Of a stretch of 24,000 nucleotides of DNA, positions 7,309-15,475 are shown piece after piece. The position numbers and the translations under genes are program-made. The stretch spans positions 297,710 to 321,709 of the forward strand of contig NZ_JAEFCB010000004.1 of NCBI RefSeq assembly GCF_016405905.1, written 5' to 3'. The stretch comes from Variovorax sp. IB41. GTDB taxonomy: Bacteria; Pseudomonadota; Gammaproteobacteria; Burkholderiales; Burkholderiaceae_C. Under the pieces are notes generated by a model that worked only from the letters and a program-made list of their open reading frames with translations, had not been told where the DNA came from and did no database searches. The first letter of the stretch is position 1; each line of letters begins with the position of its first letter.

Positions 7309-7388
7309 TCGGTCGGTCTCCTTTTTTTGGGAACTCAGGGTTTGCCCTGAATCAACCCGCTTGTGTCGGGATTGAGCTCGATCCTAAA

Positions 7389-7410
7389 ATCAACCGAACG
7401 GTCGGTCAAT
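7389..7410. promoter_or_regulatory. Candidate PaaR operator (22-bp imperfect palindrome) in the paaY/paaG divergent promoter region
   Basis: ATCAACCGAACGGTCGGTCAAT is self-complementary at 16 of 22 positions, with core ACCG-AA-CG-GT-CGGT. It starts at the end of a candidate paaG -10 box: TTGTGT at 7361-7366, an 18-nt spacer, then TAAAAT at 7385-7390. It also covers the -35 and spacer of a candidate paaY promoter on the other strand, with TTGACC as the complement of 7404-7409, a 17-nt spacer, and TAGGAT as the complement of 7381-7386. Confidence 0.55.
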
Positions 7411-7457
7411 AGTGTTTGCGAGCCGATTCGTACCCACACAAGGATGAGAGACACCCC

Positions 7458-8261
7458 ATGTCAGAACCTTTAGTTCTCACCAGCAACGCTGGCGCGGTCC
7501 GCACGCTGAGCCTGAACCGCCCCGCGGCGCTCAACAGCTTCACGACGCACATGCATGCCGAGTTGATGGCCGCGCTGGAGCTCGCAGCCGGTGACGACAG
7601 CGTTCGCTGCGTCGTTCTCACCGGCGCCGGCCGCGCCTTCTGCGCGGGGCAGGACCTTGCCGATCCCTCGGTCGCCCCGGACCCCACGCCCGGCGCTGCG
7701 CCCAAGGACCTGGGCCACGTCATCTCCACTTACTACGCCCCGCTCGTCGCGCGCCTGCGCTCGATGCCGGTGCCGGTGGTCGCAGCCGTCAACGGCGTTG
7801 CAGCAGGAGCGGGCGCCAACCTCGCGCTGTGCTGCGACCTCGTGGTGGCCGGCCGCTCGGCCAGCTTTATCCAGGCCTTCACCAAGATCGGCCTCGTGCC
7901 CGACACCGGCGGCACGTGGCTGCTGCCGCGCCTGGTGGGCTCGGCGCGCGCAATGGGCATCGCGCTGCTGGGCGACAAGCTCCCCGCCGAAGAAGCCGCG
8001 CGCATCGGCCTGATCTGGCAGTGCGTGGACGACGCGGCGCTGGCCGATGCGGCCGCCGCGCTCGCATCGAAGCTGGCCGCCATGCCGACCCGCGCCCTCG
8101 TCGCGACGCGCCAGGCGATGGCCGCCGCGCAGGACATGGACCTGGACGCCGCCCTCGCCGAAGAAGCCCGCCTGCAGCGCGAGATGGGCAACGCCGACGA
8201 CTACCGCGAAGGCGTCGAGGCCTTCCGCGCCAAGCGCGCGCCCGTGTTCAAGGACCGCTGA
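7458..8261 (+). CDS. paaG: PaaG, 1,2-epoxyphenylacetyl-CoA isomerase (crotonase family)
   Basis: ATG 7458 follows an AGGA-containing SD and is preferred over the track's TTG at 7416. The blocks LSLNRPAALNSF, VLTGAGRAFCAGQDL, AVNGVAAGAGANLAL, PDTGGTWLLPRLVG and DYREGVEAFRAKR are collinear with E. coli PaaG. Confidence 0.9.
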   Translation: MSEPLVLTSNAGAVRTLSLNRPAALNSFTTHMHAELMAALELAAGDDSVRCVVLTGAGRAFCAGQDLADPSVAPDPTPGAAPKDLGHVISTYYAPLVARLRSMPVPVVAAVNGVAAGAGANLALCCDLVVAGRSASFIQAFTKIGLVPDTGGTWLLPRLVGSARAMGIALLGDKLPAEEAARIGLIWQCVDDAALADAAAALASKLAAMPTRALVATRQAMAAAQDMDLDAALAEEARLQREMGNADDYREGVEAFRAKRAPVFKDR

Positions 8262-8263
8262 AC

Positions 8264-8707
8264 ATGACTGAATCCATCCGCACGCCGCAGCAGACCGCCG
8301 AGTACGTCCGCGACGGCATGCTCGCCAACGACAACGCCACCAAGGGCCTGGACATGCGCATCGTGGAGGTCGGCCCCGGCCAGGCCACCCTCCAGATGCG
8401 GGTGCGCCCCGACATGCTCAACGGCCACGCCACTTGCCACGGCGGCTTCATGGCCACGCTGGCCGACTCGACCTTCGCCTTCGCCTGCAACTCGTACAAC
8501 GAGCTGACGGTGGCCTCGGGCTTCTCGATCGACTTCATCGCCCCCGCGCGCGAAGGCGACGTGCTCACCGCGCGCTGCCACGAGGTCTCCAAGGCCGGGC
8601 GCACCGGCGTGTACGACACCGAAATCACCAACCAGCGCGGCGAGCGCATCGCGATGTTCCGCGGCCGTTCGTACACCGCCAAGGGCCGGCCCGCCGTCCC
8701 CGCCTGA
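8264..8707 (+). CDS. paaI: PaaI, hydroxyphenylacetyl-CoA (hotdog-fold) thioesterase
   Basis: In-frame ATG 8264 lies 2 nt after the paaG stop, inside track ORF 7829-8707. The blocks MLNGHATCHGGFMATLADSTFAFACNS and GRTGVYDTEITNQRGERIAMFRGRS match the PaaI family. Confidence 0.9.
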   Translation: MTESIRTPQQTAEYVRDGMLANDNATKGLDMRIVEVGPGQATLQMRVRPDMLNGHATCHGGFMATLADSTFAFACNSYNELTVASGFSIDFIAPAREGDVLTARCHEVSKAGRTGVYDTEITNQRGERIAMFRGRSYTAKGRPAVPA

Positions 8708-8740
8708 AAAGACCGAAGAGACCGAAGAGACGAAATCACC

Positions 8741-10051
8741 ATGACCGCCCGACACCCCGCCCCCGGCGAATTCGATGCCATCGAAACCGCGAGCCGCGAC
8801 GAGATCACCGCACTGCAGCTCACGCGCCTGCGCGCCACGCTGCAGCGCGCCTACGACAACGTGCCGCACTACCGCCGTGCCTTCGATGCCAAGGGCGTGC
8901 ACCCGAACGACCTGAAGTCGCTCGCCGACCTGTCGAAGTTCCCGTTCACGGTGAAGACCGACCTGCGCGACAACTACCCCTTCGGCATGTTCGCGGTGCC
9001 GCGCACGCAGGTCGCGCGCATCCATGCATCGTCGGGCACCACCGGCAAGCCGACCGTCGTGGGCTACACGAAGAACGACATCGACACCTGGGCCGACCTC
9101 GTCGCGCGCTCGATCCGCGCCGCGGGCGGACGCGCGGGCGACATGATCCACGTGGCCTACGGCTACGGCCTCTTCACCGGCGGCCTGGGCGCGCACTACG
9201 GCGCGGAGCGCGCGGGCTGCACCGTCATCCCGATGTCCGGCGGCCAGACCGAGAAGCAGGTGCAGCTCATCCAGGACTTCAAGCCCGACATCATCATGGT
9301 CACGCCCAGCTACATGCAGGTGATCATCGAGCAGTTCGAGCGCCAGGGCCTCGATGCGAAAGACAGCTCTCTCAAGATCGGCATCTTCGGCGCCGAGCCA
9401 TGGACCGAGGCGATGCGCCGCGACATCGAGGCCAAGGCCGGCATCGACGCGGTCGACATCTACGGTCTCTCCGAAGTGATGGGCCCGGGCGTCGCGAGCG
9501 AATGCGTCGAGAGCAAGGACGGCCCGGTGATCTGGGAAGACCATTTCTACCCCGAGATCATCGACCCCGAAACGGGCGAGCTGAAGGCCGACGGCGAAGA
9601 GGGCGAGCTGGTCTTCACGTCGCTCAGCAAAGAGGCGATGCCGATCATCCGCTACCGCACGCGCGACCTCACGCGCCTCTTGCCGCCCACCTCGCGCGCC
9701 TTCCGCCGCATGGGCAAGATCGTCGGGCGCAGCGACGACATGATGATCATCCGCGGCGTCAACGTCTTCCCCACGCAGGTGGAAGAAATCGTGCTCGCGC
9801 ACAAGGCGCTGTCGGGCCTCTACCAGGTGCATGTGAGCCGTGCCGACAAGCTCGACGAGGTCGAGGTGCACTGCGAGCTCAACCCCGCCGACGCCGCCTC
9901 GGCCGACCGCACCGCGATCGGCGATTGGGTGCAGCACCGCGTGAAGACGCTCATCGGCATCTCCACGCGCGTGGTGGTCCACGCGCCCAACGAGATGGAA
10001 CGCACCCAGACCGGCAAGGCCCGCCGCGTGATCGACACGCGCCCGCGCTGA
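8741..10051 (+). CDS. paaK: PaaK, phenylacetate-CoA ligase
   Basis: The 436-aa product has the AMP-binding motif HASSGTTGKPTVVGYT. The PaaK-type N-terminus (LQLTRLRATLQRAYDNVPHYRRAFDAKGV...FPFTVKTDLRDNYPFGMFAV) and the C-terminal GKARRV are present. Confidence 0.93.
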   Translation: MTARHPAPGEFDAIETASRDEITALQLTRLRATLQRAYDNVPHYRRAFDAKGVHPNDLKSLADLSKFPFTVKTDLRDNYPFGMFAVPRTQVARIHASSGTTGKPTVVGYTKNDIDTWADLVARSIRAAGGRAGDMIHVAYGYGLFTGGLGAHYGAERAGCTVIPMSGGQTEKQVQLIQDFKPDIIMVTPSYMQVIIEQFERQGLDAKDSSLKIGIFGAEPWTEAMRRDIEAKAGIDAVDIYGLSEVMGPGVASECVESKDGPVIWEDHFYPEIIDPETGELKADGEEGELVFTSLSKEAMPIIRYRTRDLTRLLPPTSRAFRRMGKIVGRSDDMMIIRGVNVFPTQVEEIVLAHKALSGLYQVHVSRADKLDEVEVHCELNPADAASADRTAIGDWVQHRVKTLIGISTRVVVHAPNEMERTQTGKARRVIDTRPR

Positions 10052-10079
10052 GCGCATCGCCTCCCACAGAACGCAACCG

Positions 10080-12524
10080 ATGACATTGAATTTCCGACCG
10101 ATCGCCCTCGCCTGCGCCGCCCTCGTGCTGGCCGGCTGCGCCGCCACGACTTCCGCGCCCGGCGGCAAGGTCACGATCAAGCGCGACGCCTACGGCGTGC
10201 CGCACGTGTATGCCAACGACGTGCGCGGCCTGTTCCACGGCTTCGGCTACGCAGTCGCCGAAGACCGCCTGTTCCAGATGGAGATGGCCCGCCGCGCAGT
10301 GCTCGGCACGGTCTCCGAAGTGATGGGCCCGGCCTACGTCGCGCTCGACAAGGGCAGCCGCGCCGGCTTCACGCCCGCCTCCATCCGCGCGCAGATGGCG
10401 CGCCTGTCGCCCGACGACAAGGCAATCTTCGACGGCTATGCCGCGGGCTTCAACGCGCGCGTCAACGAAGTGCTCGCGGCCGAGGCGACGCTCTTGCCCA
10501 AGCAGTTCACCGACGCCGGGTTCAAGCCGAAGGCCGACTGGACGGGCTACGACGTGGCCATGATCTGGGTCGGCACCATGGCCAACCGCTACTCCAACGT
10601 GAGCAGCGAGGTCGCCAACCTGCGCCTCCTGGAGCAACTGCGCAAGGCGCGCGGCGACGTCGCCGGCCGCCAGCTGTTCGACCAGATCCGCTGGGTGGAA
10701 GACCCGCTCGCGCCGACCACCGTGCCGCGCACCGGCACCCGCGCGCAGGCTGCTGCCGTGCAGCCGGCCGGCGACGACACCATCGCCCGCCTGGCCCCCG
10801 TCTCGCCCGAGCTGCTGGTCGCGCGCAACGACATCGACGCGGCCCGCCGCGGCGTGGCCGAGCCGTGGACCCGCCCCATCGCCAGCAACCTCTGGATCGC
10901 CGGCCCATCGAAGACCACCGACGGCAGCACCGTCTTCATCAACGGCCCGCAGTTCAACTGGTTCAACCCGTCCTACGTGTTCGGCATCGGCCTGCACGGC
11001 GCCGGCTTCGACGTGACGGGCAACACGCCGTTCGCGCACCCGGTCGTGCTCTTCGGCACCAACGGCAAGATCGCCTGGGGCGCCACCGCCGGACCGCTGG
11101 ACGTGAACGACATGTACCAGGAGAAGCTCAACCCGGCCAACCCGCACGAGTACCAGTTCAACGGCGCGATGCGCGCGATGACCCGGCGTACCGAAGTGAT
11201 CAAGGTCAAGGGCCAGCCCGACCAGAGCGTGGACGTGTTCGCCACCGTGCACGGCATCGTCACCAACTTCGACCTGCCCAACGGCACCGCCTATTCGATG
11301 AAGCGCAGCTGGGACGGCTACGAGCTCGAATCGCTGCTCGGCTGGATCCACTCGATGCAGGCGAAGAACTGGGACCAGTGGCTGGCACAGGCCTCGCGCG
11401 TGGCCATCACCATCAACTGGTACTACGCGGACACCGAAGGCAACATCGGCTATGTCTCGCCCGGCCGCCTGCCGATCCGCCCGGCCACGCAGGACATCCG
11501 CCTGCCGGCCTTGGGCGACGGCTCGATGGAATGGCTCGGCATCCGCCCCTTCAGCGAAGACCCCAGGACCTTCAACCCGGCGCAGGGCTACGTGGCCAAC
11601 TGGAACAACCAGTCCGCCCCGGGCGCGGTGAGCGACGGCGGCAACTACTCGGTGGTCGACCGCGTGCGCGAATTCACCGCGCGCCTGGAAGCCAAGCCGA
11701 AGCTCACGCCCGAGGAACTGTGGGCGCTCAACCGCACCACCGCCTACGCCGACACCAACGCGCGCTACATGGTGCCCTTCGCCATCGAGGCCACGCGCAA
11801 CCTGCCGGCCCTCGCCCCCGCACGCCGCGCGGCCCGCATGCTGGCCGACTGGAATGCGCTGAACGAAGACCCGGCCGAGCGTGGCGTCTACGACAGCCCC
11901 GCCACCACGCTGATGATGAACTGGCTGCCCATCCTCTACAAAAAGGTGCTGGCCGACGACCTGCCGCCCGAGGTGTTCGCGGCCTATGCGGGCAACGGCT
12001 ACGCGGGCGACACGCAGGTGGCGAGCATCCGCCCCGGCAACGGCATGAAGCTGGTCTACAACGCGCTGCTCGGCGCGAAGGCCGGCGTGCCGCAGACCTA
12101 CGACTTCTTCAACGGCGAAGACAGGAACGCGGTGCTGCGCACCACGCTCGCGGAGGCCATGGCCGCGCTGGAGAAGCGCTACGGCAAGGACACCGCGAAG
12201 TGGCGCACGCCGGTGGTCAAGCACGCCTTTCTCACCAGCAACTTCATCGGCGCGCCGCAGGCGGGTGCCGACGAGCTGCTCACGCTGCCCAGCTTCATGA
12301 ACCGGGGCTCGCAGAACGACAAGGTGGTGCTCGGTGCGCGCGGCGTCACGCTGTGCACCGCCGCGCCGCCCGGCCAGAGCGGCTTCGTCGCGCCCGATGG
12401 CCGCAAGTCGGCGCACTACGCCGACCAGATGACGCTTTTCAAGGACTTCGGCTGCAAGAGCGAGGCGCTGACGCCCGCCGAAGTGGACCGCCACGCCGAA
12501 TCGACCAAGCAGCTGAGCTACTGA
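10080..12524 (+). CDS. pac: Penicillin G acylase-type Ntn-hydrolase precursor with a lipoprotein signal peptide
   Basis: The 814-aa product has the N-terminus [20 protein letters not shown], with lipobox LAGC and Cys20. The alpha-chain blocks are [26 protein letters not shown] and [13 protein letters not shown]. The beta-chain N-terminal nucleophile sits in [10 protein letters not shown] (Ser269, nt 10884-10886). It is followed by [49 protein letters not shown] and APPGQSGF. All are collinear with E. coli PGA as I recall it. Confidence 0.9.
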   Translation: MTLNFRPIALACAALVLAGCAATTSAPGGKVTIKRDAYGVPHVYANDVRGLFHGFGYAVAEDRLFQMEMARRAVLGTVSEVMGPAYVALDKGSRAGFTPASIRAQMARLSPDDKAIFDGYAAGFNARVNEVLAAEATLLPKQFTDAGFKPKADWTGYDVAMIWVGTMANRYSNVSSEVANLRLLEQLRKARGDVAGRQLFDQIRWVEDPLAPTTVPRTGTRAQAAAVQPAGDDTIARLAPVSPELLVARNDIDAARRGVAEPWTRPIASNLWIAGPSKTTDGSTVFINGPQFNWFNPSYVFGIGLHGAGFDVTGNTPFAHPVVLFGTNGKIAWGATAGPLDVNDMYQEKLNPANPHEYQFNGAMRAMTRRTEVIKVKGQPDQSVDVFATVHGIVTNFDLPNGTAYSMKRSWDGYELESLLGWIHSMQAKNWDQWLAQASRVAITINWYYADTEGNIGYVSPGRLPIRPATQDIRLPALGDGSMEWLGIRPFSEDPRTFNPAQGYVANWNNQSAPGAVSDGGNYSVVDRVREFTARLEAKPKLTPEELWALNRTTAYADTNARYMVPFAIEATRNLPALAPARRAARMLADWNALNEDPAERGVYDSPATTLMMNWLPILYKKVLADDLPPEVFAAYAGNGYAGDTQVASIRPGNGMKLVYNALLGAKAGVPQTYDFFNGEDRNAVLRTTLAEAMAALEKRYGKDTAKWRTPVVKHAFLTSNFIGAPQAGADELLTLPSFMNRGSQNDKVVLGARGVTLCTAAPPGQSGFVAPDGRKSAHYADQMTLFKDFGCKSEALTPAEVDRHAESTKQLSY

Positions 12525-12568
12525 CCGCAGCCCGGCACACACCCATTCACCCGCAAAGGAGAACCACG

Positions 12569-13576
12569 ATGTACACGCAAGCCATGGACACCATGGGCAA
12601 GGACGCAGGCGACGGCAAGAAGGCCGTGCGTTCGGCCGACGAGATGCGGCTCGAGGAGCGCTTCGACGCGCAGATCGATGCCGGCGACTTCATCGAGGCC
12701 AAGGACTGGATGCCCGAGCACTACCGCAAGACGCTGGTGCGCCAGATCAGCCAGCACGCGCACTCCGAGATCGTCGGCATGCTGCCCGAGGGCAACTGGA
12801 TCAGCCGCGCGCCGACGTTGAAGCGCAAGGCCATCCTGCTGGCCAAGGTGCAGGACGAGGGCGGCCACGGCCTCTACCTGTACGCCGCCGCCGAGACGCT
12901 GGGCACCTCGCGCGACCAGATGTTCGACGCGCTGCACAGCGGCAAGGCCAAGTACAGCTCGATCTTCAACTACCCCACGCTCACCTGGGCCGACATGGGC
13001 ACCATCGGCTGGCTGGTCGATGGCGCGGCCATCATGAACCAGGTGCCGATCTGCCGCTGCTCGTACGCGCCGTATGCGCGCGCCATGATCCGCATCTGCC
13101 GCGAGGAGAGCTTTCACCAGCGCCAGGGCTACGAGGCGCTGCTCACCATGATGACCCACGGCACCGACGCGCAGAAGGCGATGGTGCAGGACGCGGTCAA
13201 CCGCTGGTGGTGGCCCTCGATCATGATGTTCGGCCCGCCGGACGACCAGTCGCCCAACTCGGCGCAGTCGATGCGCTGGGGCATCAAGCGCTTCAGCAAC
13301 GACGAGCTGCGCCAGAAGTTCATCGACGCGGCCGTCGAGCAGGCCGCCATCCTCGGCGTGACCCTGCCCGATCCGGACCTGAAGTGGAACGAGGAGCGCC
13401 AGGCGCACGACTTCGGCACGATCGACTGGAGCGAATTCTGGCGCGTGGTGGGCGGCGACGGCCCCTGCAACCGCGAGCGCCTGCAGGCGCGCGTCGATGC
13501 CTGGGAAGACGGCGAATGGGTCCGCGAAGCCGCGATGGCCCACGCCAACAAGCAACCATTGAAGGAGGCCGCATGA
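12569..13576 (+). CDS. paaA: PaaA, 1,2-phenylacetyl-CoA epoxidase catalytic subunit
   Basis: ATG 12569 follows AAGGAG and lies inside track ORF 10865-13576. The blocks [60 protein letters not shown] and [15 protein letters not shown] are nearly identical to E. coli PaaA. Confidence 0.95.
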   Translation: MYTQAMDTMGKDAGDGKKAVRSADEMRLEERFDAQIDAGDFIEAKDWMPEHYRKTLVRQISQHAHSEIVGMLPEGNWISRAPTLKRKAILLAKVQDEGGHGLYLYAAAETLGTSRDQMFDALHSGKAKYSSIFNYPTLTWADMGTIGWLVDGAAIMNQVPICRCSYAPYARAMIRICREESFHQRQGYEALLTMMTHGTDAQKAMVQDAVNRWWWPSIMMFGPPDDQSPNSAQSMRWGIKRFSNDELRQKFIDAAVEQAAILGVTLPDPDLKWNEERQAHDFGTIDWSEFWRVVGGDGPCNRERLQARVDAWEDGEWVREAAMAHANKQPLKEAA

Positions 13577-13872
13577 GCGCCGATACGACCAAGCAAGAGT
13601 GGCCCCTGTGGGAAGTGTTCGTGCGCAGCAAGGCGGGCCTGGACCACAAGCACTGCGGCAGCCTGCACGCGGCCGATTCGAAGATGGCCATCCAGATGGC
13701 GCGCGACGTGTACACGCGCCGCCAGGAAGGCAGCAGCATCTGGGTGGTGCGCTCCGAGCAGATCGTGGCGAGCGATCCGGGCGAGAAGGGCATGTACTTC
13801 GATCCGGCCGAAGACAAGGTCTACCGCCATCCGACTTTCTACGCGCTGCCCAAGCAGGTCGACCACATGTAA
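13573..13872 (+). CDS. paaB: PaaB, 1,2-phenylacetyl-CoA epoxidase subunit B
   Basis: ATG 13573 overlaps the paaA stop as ATGA. The sequence [26 protein letters not shown]...[12 protein letters not shown]...[15 protein letters not shown] matches PaaB. Confidence 0.95.
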   Translation: MSADTTKQEWPLWEVFVRSKAGLDHKHCGSLHAADSKMAIQMARDVYTRRQEGSSIWVVRSEQIVASDPGEKGMYFDPAEDKVYRHPTFYALPKQVDHM

Positions 13873-13883
13873 TGCCCACCCGG

Positions 13884-13930
13884 CCGTTCGGGCTGAGCCT
13901 GTCGCCCTTCGACGAGCTCAGGATGAACGG
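13884..13930. repeat. REP-like palindromic element, degenerate loop-less copy (unit C)
   Basis: The sequence is CCGTTCGGGCTGAGCCTGTCG-CC-CTTCGACGAGCTCAGGATGAACGG. The arms are complementary at about 16 of 21 positions. It belongs to the same family as units at 13953, 17773 and 17921. Confidence 0.7.
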
Positions 13931-13952
13931 ATCGAGACACGCTCGCCCCCAA

Positions 13953-14012
13953 CCGTTCGGGCTGAGCTTGTCGAAGCCGGTCACCAGCCTTCGACAAGCT
14001 CAGGCCGAACGG
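13953..14012. repeat. REP-like palindromic element (unit D), 24-nt arms with a 12-nt loop
   Basis: The left arm CCGTTCGGGCTGAGCTTGTCGAAG (13953-13976) and the right arm CTTCGACAAGCTCAGGCCGAACGG (13989-14012) pair at 23 of 24 positions. The loop is CCGGTCACCAGC. Confidence 0.85.
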
Positions 14013-14041
14013 ATCGGGAGTCGCAAAAGGAATTCAACACC

Positions 14042-14821
14042 ATGCAAGCATCGATCGAACTGAACCGCACGCCCGCCGTGCAATACCTGCTGCGCATCGG
14101 CGACACGTGTCTCGTGCTCGCGCAGCGCCTGGGCGAATGGTGCGGCCATGCGCCCGTGCTGGAAGAAGACATCGCGATGGCCAACATCGCCCTGGACCTC
14201 GTGGGCCAGGCCCGCGGCCTGCTCACGCACGCCGGCAAGCTCGAGGGCGAGGGCCGCGCGCACGACGAGGACCAGCTCGCGTACCTGCGCAACGAGCGCG
14301 ACTACTTCAACCTCACGCTGGTCGAGCTGCCGCGCGGCGACTTCGCCTTCGCCGTGGTGCGCAACACCATGGTCGCCACGCTGCTCAAGCTGCTGTGGCA
14401 GCGCCTCGCGGCATCGAGCGACGCCGAAGTGGCCGCCATCGCCGGCAAGGCCGTGAAGGAAGCGCGCTACCACCAGCAGCACTCGGCCGACTGGGTCGTG
14501 CGCCTGGGCGACGGCACCGACGAATCGCGCCGCCGCACCGAAAAGGCCTTCAAGCAACTCTGGCTCTACGTGCCGGAGCTGTTCGAGAGCGATGCGGTGG
14601 ACGAAGCCGCGAGCGCCAGCGGCCTCGGCCCGGCATGGAGCGAACTGCGCGAACCCTGGCTCGCCGAGATGCAGCAGGTGCTCGATGCGGCCGGCCTCGC
14701 GATGCCGAAGGAAGCCGCCTTCCGCAGCACCGGCAAGCAGGGCGTGCACAGCGAGCACATGGGCTACATCCTCACCGAGATGCAGCACCTGCAGCGCAGC
14801 TTCCCCGGAGGCGTGTGGTGA
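14042..14821 (+). CDS. paaC: PaaC, 1,2-phenylacetyl-CoA epoxidase structural subunit
   Basis: The 259-aa product shows the PaaC pattern YLLRIGDTCLVLAQRLGEWCGHAPVLEEDIAMANIALDLVGQARGLL...YLRNERDY.N. It holds the expected position between paaB and paaD. Confidence 0.9.
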   Translation: MQASIELNRTPAVQYLLRIGDTCLVLAQRLGEWCGHAPVLEEDIAMANIALDLVGQARGLLTHAGKLEGEGRAHDEDQLAYLRNERDYFNLTLVELPRGDFAFAVVRNTMVATLLKLLWQRLAASSDAEVAAIAGKAVKEARYHQQHSADWVVRLGDGTDESRRRTEKAFKQLWLYVPELFESDAVDEAASASGLGPAWSELREPWLAEMQQVLDAAGLAMPKEAAFRSTGKQGVHSEHMGYILTEMQHLQRSFPGGVW

Positions 14822-14829
14822 ACACCGAC

Positions 14830-15345
14830 ATGGCCTCGCGCGTCGACGCGGCGTGGGCCGTGCTGCACACGGTGCTCGACCCCGAGGTGCCGGCCGTGTC
14901 GGTGTGCGACCTGGGCATCGTGCGCGAAGTGATCGAACACGACGACGGCCTGGAGATCGTGCTCACGCCGACCTACTCCGGTTGCCCCGCGACCGAAGCC
15001 ATCGAGCACGACGTGCTGGCCGCCATCGAGCAGGCGGGCCTGGGCCATGCACGCGCCACGCTGCGCCGCGCGCCCGCATGGAGCAGCGACTGGATCAGCG
15101 ACGAGGGCCGCGCCAAGCTCAAGGCCTACGGCATCGCGCCGCCGGCCCACCTCACGCCCGAAGCGGCCGCCAATACCGCGATGCCGATCAAGCTCTTCGG
15201 GCGCATCGCGGGCGAACGCATCGCCTGCCCGCGCTGCGCAAGCGAGCGCACCGAGCGCCTTTCCGCCTTCGGCTCCACGGCCTGCAAGGCGCTCTACCGC
15301 TGCATGGCCTGCCGCGAACCCTTCGAACACTTCAAGCCCATATGA
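14830..15345 (+). CDS. paaD: PaaD, phenylacetate epoxidase assembly/maturation subunit
   Basis: ATG 14830 is in frame within track ORF 14107-15345. GTG starts at 14815 or 14818, overlapping the paaC stop, are alternatives. LDPEVPAVSVCDLGIVREV and the C-terminal Cys cluster CPRCAS...ACKALYRCMACREPFEHFK are typical of PaaD. Confidence 0.85.
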   Translation: MASRVDAAWAVLHTVLDPEVPAVSVCDLGIVREVIEHDDGLEIVLTPTYSGCPATEAIEHDVLAAIEQAGLGHARATLRRAPAWSSDWISDEGRAKLKAYGIAPPAHLTPEAAANTAMPIKLFGRIAGERIACPRCASERTERLSAFGSTACKALYRCMACREPFEHFKPI

Positions 15346-15388
15346 AGAACCACCCCCAGGCTTCGCGCACTTCGTGTCGCTTCTCCTC

Positions 15389-15440
15389 CCCCCTCAAGGG
15401 GGCGCTGCCAGTGGCCCGGCAAAGCCGGTTCCACAGCAGC
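15389..15440 (+). other. Two adjacent stem-loops in the unusually long paaD-paaE spacer
   Basis: Hairpin 1 (15389-15402) is CCCCC-TCAA-GGGGG. Hairpin 2 (15404-15440) is GCTGCCAGTGGCCCGGCAAAGCCGGTTCCACAGCAGC, with 14 base pairs in three helical segments (GCTGC/GCAGC, GTGG/CCAC, CCGGC/GCCGG) and an AAA loop. No T-tract follows either hairpin. Confidence 0.45.
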
Positions 15441-15475
15441 CCTGGAAAAACGCCTGGCAACCCTGAGCATCTGGC

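Noticed and set aside
6641-7410. A recurring CGGTCGG heptamer next to the paaR start (6642-6648), next to the paaY start (7310-7316) and inside the operator (7399-7405), considered as possible extra PaaR half-sites.
   Set aside because: A GC-rich 7-mer is expected several times by chance in 24 kb of this composition. The copies near the start codons are not part of any dyad.
12518-13984. ORFs running through the REP-like elements, namely 12518-13984 (-), 13599-14063 (+), 17747-17974 (-) and 17889-18071 (-). They contain peptide strings such as FDKLSPNG, FGLSLSK and LRQAQGER.
   Set aside because: These strings are simply translations of the palindromic repeat arms in different frames. The repeats are intergenic and the ORFs otherwise overlap real genes, so they are not protein-coding.
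15404-15444. The hairpin in the paaD-paaE spacer considered as an intrinsic terminator.
   Set aside because: The stem is interrupted and is followed by CCCTGGAAAAA rather than a U-tract. paaE is required with paaABCD for epoxidase function, so full termination here is unlikely. It is kept only as a structured element.
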